The notes beneath the pieces are model-generated. The model was not told where the DNA came from. It searched no databases and worked only from the letters and a program-made list of their open reading frames with translations. A stretch of DNA of 63,186 bases, filler included, from Octopus bimaculoides (Eukaryota): the NCBI RefSeq assembly GCF_001194135.2. It is 4 parts of 4 records of this genome, joined end to end, with 100 filler letters (N's around TTAATTAATTAA, not from the genome) between each part and the next. Parts side by side here need not be neighbours in the genome. Positions count along the whole stretch, not along the records: positions 9,800 to 41,256 come from NC_069007.1; 3 more parts are not named here. One strand, given 5' to 3'. The position numbers were made by a program, and so were the translations under genes. This document shows, in pieces, positions 24,839 through 38,379 of the stretch (positions are counted from its first letter, which is position 1; the number at the start of each line of letters is the position of its first letter).

Positions 24839-25274
24839 CATACAGAGAGAGAGAGAGAAAGTTCTTATGCTCTCTCCAAATACAAATGCACCAGGTTAAC
24901 AAACAATTCTGTTGGGTATAGAAATCTAAGCAATCCTAAGGCAAGTTCTGAAGTTAAAATCCATCACCAATTCTCTTTGTACGTTGCGCACTCCCCAATT
25001 AATAGGGACTATTTTCACCGAGGGAGACGGCATACCTAGTACGGTTTTCACATTTATATTTTTGTGCATCATACACTTACCGCTGTTTCTGATTATATAT
25101 ATATATATATATATACACATATATATTAGGTGCGTTCATAGCTGTCTATTCAACCGGTCGATTAATCGAACAAGTTAACCGAACTAGGAATGCACCTAAA
25201 ATATATGCTTCAAACAGCTGTAAGACTGTTTTCAAATAAATAAAAGTGTAAAGACCATTCTTTATGCATTCTCT

Positions 25275-25312
<38 letters not shown>

Positions 25313-25463
25313 TACACACACATACATACAGAGATAGAGAGAGAAAGACAGACACACACACATATATATATATATATGCGTATGTATATATATATATACA
25401 CATATATGTATATATATACATAAATATACGTATATACATATATATATATACATATATACATAG

Positions 25464-25495
<32 letters not shown>

Positions 25496-26304
25496 GTGTA
25501 TCCGTGTGTGTATGTATTTTAGGTATGATCATGGCTAAATAGCTGGTTTTCTTTTTACCTAACATAATTCATATATTTAATGATTTATCACCAATTTTGT
25601 TTTATTCCATTTCTTTCATAATTTTTAATAATTATAGTCTTTTAGTTCTCCAGGTGATTCATGAATTTTGTGGGAGACCTGAAGGAATCCGCTTCGTTAA
25701 ATCTATTTTTCTCAACAGAAAATGAAATTAAAATACATTTTAAATTTTTTTCTTGAACTGTCGGAAATGTTTCAAAGTATGACATTATAAAACTAACACA
25801 AAAAATAATATCGTATATGGTATAATTCAATAAATTACATCATATAATATGATATAATATATAATATTTATTAAACTAAAATAAATTGTTTAAGAAAGAA
25901 GAGGAGCAAATATTTTATATTCTAGGAAACCAAGACGACAAAATGAATAACATGAACGGAAGATAGCAATTATACCTGGTTATCAACCCTGTTAGAAATA
26001 GCAGTGAAATATATGTTTCGTGTCATACTGCCTCGGTGTAAATTGTTGGCTAAATCATATTTTCTCTAGATACTTATATTAAAGGCATCTATAGAATTCC
26101 CAGTTTTCTTTTCTACGTTGGACATCAGAAATGTGAAGTTACGACTAGGCCGAGGTTTATGTTGTTCTCTGCAGTTTTCAATGTCCACAATATTAGTCTC
26201 CTACGTTCCAGAACATGTGTGTCCCGTGGCAATATCCAATAACTCTAGACAAAGCTAGTAATATAAAAACATATATAAATAAGGATAAGATCGATATACA
26301 CACA

Positions 26305-26465
26305 CAACGGGATTCTTTCATTTTCCGTCTATGAAATCCACTCACAAGGCTTTGGTCGGCCGAGGTTATAGAAGACACTTGGCTAAGTTGCTATAATGTA
26401 GGATTGAACACGGAACTATGTGGTTGGGAAGCAAGCTTCTTACCATACAGTTTACGCCTGCGTCT
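26305..26465 (-). mobile_element. SINE family B head
   Basis: AATCCACTCACAAGGCTTTGGTCGGCCGAGGTTATAGAAGACACTTGG...ATGTGGTTGGGAAGCAAGCTTCTTACCA. Confidence 0.85.
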
Positions 26466-26493
26466 CTCTCTCTTTCTCATATACATACATACA

Positions 26494-26554
<61 letters not shown>

Positions 26555-26593
26555 GTATATATATTTATATATATATATTTATATATATATATT

Positions 26594-26625
<32 letters not shown>

Positions 26626-26674
26626 TATATATATATTTATATATATATTTATATATATATATTCTTTTTCTCTT

Positions 26675-26849
26675 ATTTGTTTCCGTCATTTGACAACGGC
26701 CATGCTGGAGTACCGCCTTTAGTCGAAAATCGACCCCAGGTCTTATTCTTTGTAAGCCTAGTACTTATTGTAACGGTCTGTTATGCCGAACCGCTATGTT
26801 ACTGGGACGTAAGCACACCAGCACCGTTTGTCAAGCGATGGTGGCGGAA

Positions 26850-26860
<11 letters not shown>
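26675..26860 (-). mobile_element. SINE family B tail
   Basis: GGCCATGCTGGAGTACCGCCTTTAGTCGAAAATCGACCCCAGG...TGTCAAGCGATGGTGG. Confidence 0.85.
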
Positions 26861-26900
<40 letters not shown>

Positions 26901-27761
26901 TCACACACGCAAATTTGTTGAATATCTTTTTGTAATTTTCTGTATTACTGTATTATTTGGATGTATTCATTATTGCGCGTCTCAGGGGGTGTCAGGCTCT
27001 CTTATTAATAATGTTTCTTTTGATTTGTTGCCTTACCATTGATATGTAATCTCCAAATGACCGTGACTAAATGTAGAGTAACAGAGCGCAGCCAAACTGA
27101 TCGCAAGAGAACAATTCATGTTATTGAAGAAGGACACTCAATGAGGAAGCGATGTCAAGCATGCATATCGAATATGTTGTATCTGGTCAGAGGCACCGTT
27201 TATTAATTATTCATTTAATTTCAGTGAATTAAGGATCGTCTTTGCGGCCTGTCTTCGTATCGCGATCGAATTTTGTGTCACTGTTTAATAACAGGGAGAA
27301 GAGTAACATCTATGATCCTAAACGAAAACATAAACGAATCTATTTCATGGGATGATAGGTTTCAATGAAGAAATTAGACACAAATATTGGTTTCTCCATC
27401 TTGCAGACTTGGTTATTTAGCAGAAAAACGCTGCTTCGCATCGTGTCGTTCCCATTCGAGACCATTCTGAGATAACTTCGACAAGTTTCTTCCAATATAT
27501 TTACTAATTTCTCGTGCGTCGGAACTTGAGAGAAAAAATTGCAGAATCTAATTGAATACATACACACACATATACTCACACACACATAAATACATACATA
27601 TATATGTGCGTATAGACGCAAACTCATATAAATACCCCATATAATCACTCATAAATACGTAGATTCACACATGTATACACATATATATATACACACATGC
27701 ATATATACATACACACATATATATATATACATCAGACACACGTATAAACACATTAGTTGAT

Positions 27762-27922
27762 CACATTGACCCCAGTGTTTTACAGGTACATAATTTATCA
27801 ACCCCGTTGTGATGAAAGGCAAAATCGACCTCGGCGGAATTTGAACTCAGGACGTAATGACAGACGAAATGCAGCTAAGAATTTCGCCCGGCGTGCTAAC
27901 GAGTCTGCCATCTCATCGCCTT
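27762..27922 (-). mobile_element. SINE family A copy abutting the mariner left end
   Basis: GATGAAAGGCAAAATCGACCTCGGCGGAATTTGAACTCAGGACG...CGCCCGGCGTGCTAACGAGTCTGCCA. Confidence 0.9.
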
Positions 27923-28831
27923 GATTATCCCATAGATAAAGTGATTTTTTTCATTTGCATGAACCAAAAATCAGAGGGGGACGGGATAAACTACCTGCAT
28001 CAACTTGCTATAAAAGCGGGTAGTCATTTTACTATGTCCTTATTCTTAGAGCAAGTTTTCAAGTTCGATTTTAACAATTATTTTTCCAAAACTATAATGG
28101 AAGTGACAAAGGATCATATTCGACATATTTTGCTTCATGAGTTCCATAAAGGAATCAACGCAACTGAAAGTACGAGGAATATTAATGCAGCATATGGGTA
28201 TCGAAGAATAAGCATAAACCAGTATCAACGGTTGTTCCAGAAGTTCTGAGTCGGAAACTACAGCCTAGAAGACGATTCTCGTCCTGGAAGGGCTGCAGAG
28301 TTAAACGAGAACATCCTGCAAATCCTGGTGGAACAAAATCCCTTCGTAACTGTTGAGGAACTAGCAGCAAAGCTTGGATTTGGTCATTCAACCGGTCATT
28401 CAAGTTAGCGCTACAAGAAAAATCTTTGGTTTCAAAGCAAACGGTGTTCTTCCAACAGGATAATGCTCGGCCACATACAGCGAGGATGACATTCCAAAGG
28501 CTGGAGCAGTTTGAATGGGAAACTACTCCACCCACCATATTCACAGGAAATTGCCCCATCTGATTATCATTTATTCTGCAGTCTTCCAAATCATTAGGAC
28601 AGAAAAAATATGAATTCTGTAAACGAGGTAATAGCAGTATTGAAGGAGTATTTTTCGCCACAGACAAGATAAGTTTGGAAGAGGGGTCGTGCAAGTCTAA
28701 CAGATAAATGGAAGAGCATTGTAGAAAATGAACGAGAGTCTATTTTAGATTAAAATCGAACCTTATTTATCTTAATATTGAAAAATAAAAGTATTAAAAA
28801 ACCCGCATTATATTTGAGATGATGCAACATA
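27921..28831 (+). mobile_element. Internally deleted mariner (Tc1/mariner) transposon with transposase pseudogene 28097-28753
   Basis: MEVTKDHIRHILLHEFHKGINATESTRNINAAYG...FQKF*VGNYSLEDDSRPGR (HTH region), QQDNARPHTA, HPPYSQEIAPSDYHLF (mariner YSPDLAP motif), ends KWKSIVENERESILD*. Degenerate TIRs at about 27921-27951 and 28796-28831. Confidence 0.93.
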
Positions 28832-28980
28832 TATATATATATATATTAAAAACACACATATATATACATACATATATATACACACATATATATATATATA
28901 TATTAATAGTAATGGTAAGACAACAAAAGGATGAAAGAGACCTCGATATTATGTAAATAGAGGAATTTATGTGTAATATA

Positions 28981-29081
28981 ATATGTGAAAATTATTCGGT
29001 TGCCATAATAAGACTCCGAGTTTCGGATGTCGGGGCGGAAACTCGGAGCCTTATTATAACAAATGAATAATTGTCACATAT
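28981..29081. repeat. Fold-back hairpin, 44-bp arms, 13-nt loop
   Basis: 28981-29024 matches the reverse complement of 29038-29081 at 38/44 positions. Confidence 0.9.
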
Positions 29082-30039
29082 TTTATATATATATATATAT
29101 NNNNNNNNNNNNNNNNTATATATGCATTTTTGCAAGGGAAGGAAAGAGAGTGAGATCAAGAATCGACTTGGTCTCAGTCGTCTTGTTTAATGTGAGCGAG
29201 TGAAGCTGAAACTTCGAAGTTCCTGCCGAACGTTACTATATAAAAATTTAATAACTATATATACTTTAATAAAAACTATGGAGTAATCTTTCAGTTTAAT
29301 GATAAATTGCTTTTATAGATAACATCCTGTTAAAATAAATATTACATATGCCTGTATGTGTGTGAGTAGATATATTCAGAGATAATGTGTGTATGTGTGC
29401 GGATATATATGCACACACATAAATACATTTGCGCTTGCAACACGTATTTTCCCAAACACATACGCACGGATACACACACACATATACACTCTTACTGCAT
29501 TAACAACATCTGTTTTTATTACTCTATGATTTATTATAGACTAAATGTAAAGATCTTCAGCAAGTACTGCGTGTGTAAACACGTATAGACCTCCTCTCTT
29601 TGATACAATTTATAATAGTATTTTATATAAATTAAATTTTGGTGAAATATTTAAAGTATCCAGTATATTATAATATGAAATACTAAATAAATGAAAAGTG
29701 ACTAAAAGTAAAATCAAATAGATAATCATGAAAAACTAACAGCAATAGTGACTTTTTTTAATAATGTTACGAAATATATGGAAATACTCTTAATGCACCG
29801 GTAGCTTGTTTATTGAGCTGACGGCCAAGACTACAATAATATGCAAATCAGGCTTTCCGATTTACTGCAGTTTTTAATAATAGTAGTTTTGTAAACGATA
29901 CTTCCGTGAACAGTGAAGAAGGCTACTTGCTTGCCGAGAAAAGATATCTTTGTCAGAATGGAAAGTGGTCTTCGTTCGTTCTTATTTGTCTGTTCATCAA
30001 ATATACAAATCACAATTTCGCGACATGTGATAAACAAGG

Positions 30040-30400
30040 ATATGCGTGTGTGGTAACTAGTTTGCTTCCCAGTCAGACGATTCCTTGTGGTTGACCAAAG
30101 GCTTCTGGATTTGGTGCACGGAAAATGAAAGACGCATGCCCTATTTACTCCTGTCTTAATTATTACATCGTGCACATATGTAGAAATGCATCGTATTATT
30201 TCTTCAATACATATTTACTTATATATGCATGCGTGCAAGCATGTGCGTATGTGTCTTCGAGGTTTGGTTCGTATCTCACCAACTGTTGACAAACAGTGCC
30301 GGTGTGGTTTAGCCCCCGTAACATAGCGGTTCGGCAAAACAAACCGCTGGATGCAGTACCAGGCTTAGAAAAAGTACTGTGGCCGATTGAAGGAGACAGC
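30040..30400 (+). mobile_element. SINE family B, degenerate, internally deleted
   Basis: GTGTGTGGTAACTAGTTTGCTTCCC...GACCAAAGGC...GGATTTGGTGCACGGAAA; tail CCCCGTAACATAGCGGTTCGGCAAAA. Confidence 0.75.
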
Positions 30401-31799
30401 CCAGCATTGCGACACTCTGCAAACAGAAACAAGTAAAGCATAAACGATAATACACACACACACACACANNNNNNNNNNNNNNNNNNNNNNNNNNNNNNNN
30501 NNNNNNNNNNNNNNNNNNNNNNNNNNNNNNNNNNNNNNNNNNNNNNNNNNNNNNNNNNNNNNNNNNNNNNNNNNNNNNNNNNNNNNNNNNNNNNNNNNNN
30601 NNNNNNNNNNNNNNNNNNNNNNNNNNNNNNNNNNNNNNNNNNNNNNNNNNNNNNNNNNNNNNNNNNNNNNNNNNNNNNNNNNNNNNNNNNNNNNNNNNNN
30701 NNNNNNNNNNNNNNNNNNNNNNNNNNNNNNNNNNNNNNNNNNNNNNNNNNNNNNNNNNNNNNNNNNNNNNNNNNNNNNNNNNNNNNNNNNNNNNNNNNNN
30801 NNNNNNNNNNNNNNNNNNNNNNNNNNNNNNNNNNNNNNNNNNNNNNNNNNNNNNNNNNNNNNNNNNNNNNNNNNNNNNNNNNNNNNNNNNNNNNNNNNNN
30901 NNNNNNNNNNNNNNNNNNATATATATATATATATATATATAAAAGTATATATGTATAAGTGCGTATCTATATGATTGGATGGGGCTGTGTGTTTGAGTTT
31001 GTACAATGTTAAAAGCTATACTCCGGCAAGAGACGTAATCATTGGTGATAAAAACTCAAATCGCCTCATAAAGCATCATTTTCGAAGGGAATATCTTGTT
31101 AAATTGTTTTCTACTTCGTCTTACATGTGAAATGCAGCCTTCACCAATGTGCATCAAAAAAGGATTGCCTCGCTGGAACACAACCGAATATATTGATGGC
31201 AAAACTGACAAAATGTAGTGCACCACCTACAAATAAATATTGAATGCATTTCAGTGCAACCGGTACTTGGTTGGTAGCATTTAGAATCTCTATATTTCTA
31301 TGTAACCCAGCCTGATCAGTTCATTTCACGAATGTGTCCCGACATCAAATCTGTTCCAAGATATTACTAATTCAAGAGACAAGAGATATATACAAATAGA
31401 TAATATAGTTATATATCCAGTAGGAGCGAAAGACATGACAAGAAAATCTACGTGTTTTTTGTTTTATGAAAGCAGTGTTTTATACCAATATTTATCTAAT
31501 AAAACAACATATCTAGTTAAAAATATCCCACCACCAAAGCCATATGGATAGTTCTCATTCCTACTTTCGAATCACTTGAATTTCTTTCTTTCACGATTTC
31601 GAATACAGGCAGACATCTTTTCCTAATATCTAAATATACATTTATTCAAGAAACAATACAATATTTAACTACATACATTATCGATAAGATAATTATAGAA
31701 TGCCTTTACGTGTAAGTAAAACGAACATCAAATATTTGTATAAGAATACACATGAGAGATTCCGAAATATGTTTGCTGTTTTTTTTAATATAAAATGGA

Positions 31800-31800
31800 T

Positions 31801-31849
<49 letters not shown>

Positions 31850-31984
31850 GCGTATATACACAGACACAGAAACACACAAACACATGCATATATACGCAGA
31901 TGTACATATGTATATATACGATCCTATGTATAGGCTCATATATATATATGTACACATTTATAGACATGCATATATATATATACA

Positions 31985-32028
<44 letters not shown>

Positions 32029-32357
32029 TATGCATAAATATATATACACATACGTACATATANNNNNNNNNNTATATATATATATATACATACACACACA
32101 TGTATATATACACATGCATGTATATACACACATATGTATATATATGTACAAATACATATACATACATACATACACACATTCACACGCACATATATATTTT
32201 ACACATACACACACACATATATATATATATATATACAGATATATATCTATATATAAATACACCCATCTACATATGCAAAAACAATATATATATATACACA
32301 GACATATATACATATATCTATACACACACATGTATATATACACATACATACATACTC

Positions 32358-32394
<37 letters not shown>

Positions 32395-32471
32395 CATATG
32401 TACATGTATATATACATACGTACATGTATATATATATTTATACTTATAAACTCACTTTATATATATGTATA

Positions 32472-32542
<71 letters not shown>

Positions 32543-32750
32543 GCTAACAAATATACAATATGTTTCTGCTGATATATGTATATAACCATACATACATACA
32601 CGCACGAACATACAAAACCATTCATATACATACCCGTATACATATGTACATTCATACATACTCACAGACATACATTACATACATACCTAACATACGTTCA
32701 TTATATACATACATACACACATACATACATATACTGATGTATATATAGCA
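31800..32750. repeat. Long TA/CA-rich degenerate dinucleotide block
   Basis: Direct reading; source of the YIYI/HTHT ORFs. Confidence 0.9.
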
Positions 32751-34339
32751 TGCATAGGTCATATCACGTAACTGTGGAAGAAATTCTTTGGAACGTCACG
32801 TCTCGATTTGCTGTAACAATCCAATTGACATGTTGTCGCATATTCACCCAAAATCAATATCTTCGATTTCCATCAGCCGATATATCGAGCCAATATCCTC
32901 CCAGCCTTCCTAATATACAATAACTAAATTCACTGATATAAGTAACCGACCATCCAACCGACCAGCATGTTTTGAATGCGTTCTGGCTTTTCTTTCCTCT
33001 TTATATTTGGGTTGTTTTGTTGCCATCTTAATTATTCGTATTTTTATTATCATTATCGTGGTGGTGGTCACTTTCCTCGTTATAACCACCATCATTAGCA
33101 TCATCTCCCCCGTTATATCATCTCCACCACTACCATCACAACAGCCGCCACTGCCAATACCGTCATCCTCCCTATCGTCATTACCATCATCATCATCATC
33201 AAAAACAACAAAGGTAGTAGCTTTATCTTCAAGACCAGCGCCAACCCCAGAAGAACCACAGACGGCAGAAGGGGCAGAAGCAATAAGGTCAGTGTCGTCC
33301 ATATAAAATCTTCTCACCATTGTTGTGGAGTTTATTTCTGCTGCTTATTTCTTCCTTGTTCCACCTCTTCTTTACCGACTTCTTCTTCTTCTTCTCCTCT
33401 CCTATACTTCTGCTTCTACTTCTCCCTCTTCTTCCTCTCCTTCAACTTCTACCTCTCCTTGCACTTCCCCTTCTACTTTCTCCTCCTCCTCCCTCTCCTC
33501 TTATTATTATTATTACTCGTATTATCATCATCATTAACATCATTACCAATACTACTATCATTAATAATATTATTATTATTAATATCGCTCTATCTATTGA
33601 TACCGTTATTGTTACTAATATCACTAATTTTGCATAGTATTATTCATTCTCCACTATACAATTTCTCATACATACATTACATACATTCATACATAACATA
33701 CAGGAAGAGGTTGGCGAATGCTTTTTTTTTCGAAGGTCAGTCGACAGCACACATTTATGAGACAAAACACAGTGTTTTCTGCGCAAGACAAATATAATGA
33801 GATATTACTGCTGTCGTCACGAAAGGTGACGCTGTTATCAATACTTATTTTTCCATTCTCGTGGATAAAAGAGTCGGAGAAATACGTATTGACAGCAACG
33901 CATTGCTTTCTCTACAATTTACACATCATGTGCAGTTTCTGACACAAACCTTGCTTTTAAATATTTCCACTTCGGAACGGCGACATTCTAATGCTAATGA
34001 AAACGGCAGCTGTGGTAGCAGCAGTAGCAGCGGCAGTAGCAACAAAAACAACACGAAGATCAATATTAATAATAATAATAATAATATGAAGAGCAAGAAG
34101 AAAAGGAACCTGGATAATGATGACAATGATATGTCCCAAAAAATACACCTTGTAGCTATGTATCAAATTGACTTTATACGCACACGCCCCCGCGTGTATA
34201 TATATACATGAATATGTGTGTGTGTATATGCATGTTATTACACGCACACACATATCTATATTTGTGTCTATCTATCTATTTCTCTCTCTCTTTCAGTCTC
34301 CCTGTCACTGTCTGTCTGCTTTTCTCTTTCTCTACATAT

Positions 34340-34374
<35 letters not shown>

Positions 34375-34432
34375 AGACACACATGCATTGCAGCTGGTGC
34401 TACCAAGAAGGAACGGTCGCTTTTACTTGTTT

Positions 34433-34468
<36 letters not shown>

Positions 34469-34540
34469 NNNNNNNNNNNNNNNNNNNNNNNNNNNNNNNN
34501 NNNNNNNNNNNNNNNNNNNNNNNNNNNNTATATATATTAG

Positions 34541-34700
34541 CTGAAATTTACAGGACAAAAGACGAAGACAAATGTATGATCAACAAGCAGGTGTATTAGT
34601 TTGACGCTCGGGAAAGTGAAAAAGTCTTTTGCGTTTCGGGCCTACGCTCTTCAACAGTAAAGAATAAGAGAAAATAAATAGAGAAAGAATAAAACGAGAG
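34541..34700 (-). mobile_element. Interspersed repeat family C, copy 2
   Basis: Homologous to 458-600, including GCGTTTCGGGCCTACGCTCTTCAACAG. Confidence 0.75.
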
Positions 34701-34857
34701 AGAATAAAGACAACTTGTGGATTTAGCGGTCGTCACAGTGAATTACCGAATATGCAATATTGAAAGATGAACAGACAGAAATCACGGAATTAAGAATGGA
34801 AACATAGTCAGACTTTTTGGAGGATTTCCTTTCATCATCTATCCACACTAATTAATA

Positions 34858-34888
<31 letters not shown>

Positions 34889-35154
34889 GCATAAATGCAT
34901 ACGCATACGTATAGAAACTACACACGCATACATACATTTATGTGTCTTCACGTCTACATCCACATGGGTGGTTAGCGACATTCAAAGACACGGATTAAGA
35001 TTTCAACGTCAATCTATTCCCAAGCACTCAGTTTCGCTAATTCTAGTAAATTATCGCCGAATACTTTGTCTTTGCATTTTTTGAAACTATATTTCGGCAT
35101 AAAAGCATTTAATACTTTCAACATCGCAGCGAACTATGTTAACATATTTGTGCA

Positions 35155-35255
35155 GCTGGTGATGATGGTGATGATGGTGATGATGGTGATGATGGTGATG
35201 ATGGTGATGATGGTGATGATGATTATAACGACGACGATGATGTTGATGTTGATGT
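35155..35255. repeat. (GATGATGGT)n/(GAT)n repeat
   Basis: Direct reading. Confidence 0.9.
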
Positions 35256-35374
35256 CTGCAGCTTCGAGGATCAATCTTGAATCTGTATTGAACTTCTCTG
35301 ACCTCCGTTGTCCGCAAAGAATATCTTAGGGTTTAAGAATCGCTATTGTTCGTGACTCTACAAGGTTCAGTGTA

Positions 35375-35412
<38 letters not shown>

Positions 35413-35511
35413 CACATACATGTCTGTATCAGTGGACGCTCGTATCAGTATATGCGAACCTGTGTTTGCGTTAATGTAACGTGTATGTATGCATTTNNNN
35501 NNNNNNNNNNN

Positions 35512-35562
<51 letters not shown>

Positions 35563-36654
35563 GTTTTCTTTTCTTTCCTCTTTATCTATTCTATTCCATT
35601 CTAGCACTGCCGTGTCTTTTGACCATTTTATTTGTTCAAACATTCAATGGCATTATTGATGAAATATGAGGAATTCACTTGATGGAACCGAAGAACGCCA
35701 ATGTAAAAGAAGCGTCCAAAGTAGGAAAGCGAAGTAGTCTCCATAATTACCAACCTATCACATGATACCAAAATAATTCCGATTTCAACATTATCTAAAG
35801 AATTTATTATTTCCAAGTTCTTTCGTTTTATTTATTGCCACGAAGAAGGAGATGACGAAGGAGATGATGCGGACGAAAAGAACGAAAAAAAGGATGAACA
35901 AAAAGAGAGGACGATGAAGAAGAAAGAAGAGAAGAAATATGAAGAGGAACATAACGAGGAGGAGGAGGAGGAGGAGAAGAGAAAAAAGGTAAAATGAAGA
36001 CCGTAAAGAAGAAGAAGAATTCTCACATTTATGTTAATCTGACGGAAATGGCAGCTACCGAACATTGCATCTTCAAATTACTACTTGATATAAATGTCTT
36101 TGCTTCTGGCTCCACTCGTCTACAACCTGCTGTATGTATGATTGATGTTTCAACGAGTTTCTTAGCAGAATTTGTAAGGATTACAAGATTACGGTGATTA
36201 TAATAAAGCAAACCAGCGTCAGAGAGAATTGTTGATAGCGCAGGAGTATAATTACTTGACAATCATAGCCCAAAATCACACCGAATCCAGTTTTAAAAAC
36301 TGGAAGGCCACAAATATGAAATAATCCCCGCTAGAACACATTTTCTCATAGGGTTCTTATTGATGACATTTGGTTAAAAAACATCAAAAGAATAAGACAC
36401 AATATATCTGTTATTTCTGTAAATATAACAACAGGTTTCACTGCACGAAAATTATATCCAACCCATCACACACACACACAATACAACTACAAGATACAAC
36501 AACAAAATATTATTTGGATCTACCATGCTCTCGCTCGATTTTCCAGAAATAACAGCTCACGTTTGCTTAGAAGATATACAAGATTCCAGAATGCCAATTG
36601 ACAGCCGACCTCCCTCAAATGATACAACAAACTCGTACAGAGAGGTTACCTTTT

Positions 36655-36864
36655 ATTTTTTACTTGTTTCAATCATTAAACTGTGGCAAGCTAGGGCACC
36701 ACCTTGAAGAATTTATGGTCAAATGAAACAATCACAGTATTTATTCTGTTGTTAAGCCTCCTACTTATTCAATCTTACTCTTTTTCTGAACTGCTAATTT
36801 AAGGGGACTAAACACATCAACATTGGTTGTCAAGCAGTATTGGGGTGAAAAAACAAAAACACAA

Positions 36865-36923
<59 letters not shown>

Positions 36924-37085
36924 GAGAGAGAGAGAGAAAGAGAGATACGATAGGCTTTCAGTTTCCGTCTACCAAGTCCATTCGCAAGGCTTCGGTCAGC
37001 CCACGGATTTAGTTGAAGACACTTATCCAAGATGCCACGCAGTGAGACTGAACCCAGAACCATGTGGTCGGGAACCAAGCATCTT
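36655..37085 (-). mobile_element. SINE family B, near full length with internal (CA)n/(GA)n
   Basis: From TTTTACTTGTTTCAATCATT (3' end) to CCACGCAGTGAGACTGAACCCAGAACCATGTGGTCGGGAACCAAGCATCTTACCAC (head), as reverse complement. Confidence 0.85.
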
Positions 37086-37129
37086 ACCACAAAGCTACGC
37101 CAAGCCCGTCTCTTTAAAGCTGAGCGCTT

Positions 37130-37300
37130 TGGAAAAAACGTCTTTCCGTTCTGATATCAGATTCCGCCCAAGTTCATTTAGCCCTTCATGCTTTCGAGGT
37201 CAATAAAAAAAAAAGGACCAATTGCTCACTGGTGTCGATGTAATTGACTTACCCCACACCTGAAATTGCTTGCATTGTGCCAAGACTTTAAAACTAATAA
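37130..37300 (+). mobile_element. SINE family A, degenerate fragment
   Basis: CGTTCTGATATCAGATTCCGCCCAAGTTC...GCTTTCGAGGTCAATAAAA...GGTGTCGATGTAATTGACTTACCCC. Confidence 0.6.
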
Positions 37301-37689
37301 TTAGACATTGTTTTGATAAGGAAACATCTGCATGATAACCCGCTAGAAATAGCAGCCAAGTCGTCTTAAATGCAAAGTTTTGCAGTCATAAAAAGAAAAG
37401 CTCGTTGGGTTATAGAATTGCTGGATTACTTTCATAAGAATTTACTCAAACGTTTCAAAAGATTATCGCATTAAGCTAGTATTTTCTAATTAAAGTGATA
37501 AGCATGCCACTTCGTAGCATCTTTATATCCAGAATAAGAATAGCGTAAGGAAATGAACATTTCCAATCGAATGCCAGCAGTTTCTGCCACTGGTTAACTT
37601 GTATAACTTTGATTGATCACCCAAGGTCAAAGGGAAAGCTGCAAACTATTGGAGAATACAAATGACTATGCTAGAGGGAGGTAAGACTC

Positions 37690-37862
37690 AGAAGGGTAGG
37701 TTTCCTGGTTTCCCTTCTGGACGGAAAGCCGACCCGTTGTAGGTTTACTCACTTCTGCCAGCTGAGCGAAACGAAGCAACGTGTCGCTCGGTCTAGGAAT
37801 CGAAACCACTATCTTATGATCGTGAATCTAAAACCCTAACCATTAAATTACGCACCTCCACT
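37690..37862 (-). mobile_element. SINE-like family E copy
   Basis: TGCCAGCTGAGCGAAACGAAGCAACGTG...GGAATCGAAACCACTATCTTATGATCGTGAATC...CCCTAACCATTAAATTACGCACCTCCAC; tRNA-like head on the minus strand. Confidence 0.5.
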
Positions 37863-38379
37863 TATTGGAGGCAATTTCATTAATCTTCTGAAGCTTGTTA
37901 ATGTTTCTCAGTACATGATTGAAGTAGCCTTGGCACAAACGGCAAGGAATCTTATTTGTACAGCATTTTCTTGCTTGGAGGGAGTGGGGTGAGGTTTTAA
38001 CGAAATTCTTGTGACTAAATTATTGAAGAATTCCTACCCAAAATAATTTTAGATCCCTTGAATGAAATTGCGAAGCTGTCAGGACGTCGATTTAAAGCAC
38101 CTATCAAGGCGTTAGATTGGCGGACGAAATATTATTTTTAATAGTTACGTCGGAACTTTGCCGAAAGAAATATCTTAAAGGCTGTCTGGCAGCAAGGCCT
38201 GCAGTAATACTGGTGCCAATCTGTATCGGCCCAAGTCGGTAACCTGTCTCTTCAATGAGCATCATTGTGGGTAAAGAATGGAAACTTGTAGACGTAGATG
38301 TCGAGCAGTATTCATTAGAAAATCTTGCCCAAAACTTTGTGAACTACTACTGGTTTACCATCAACCTTCACTGATGGAG

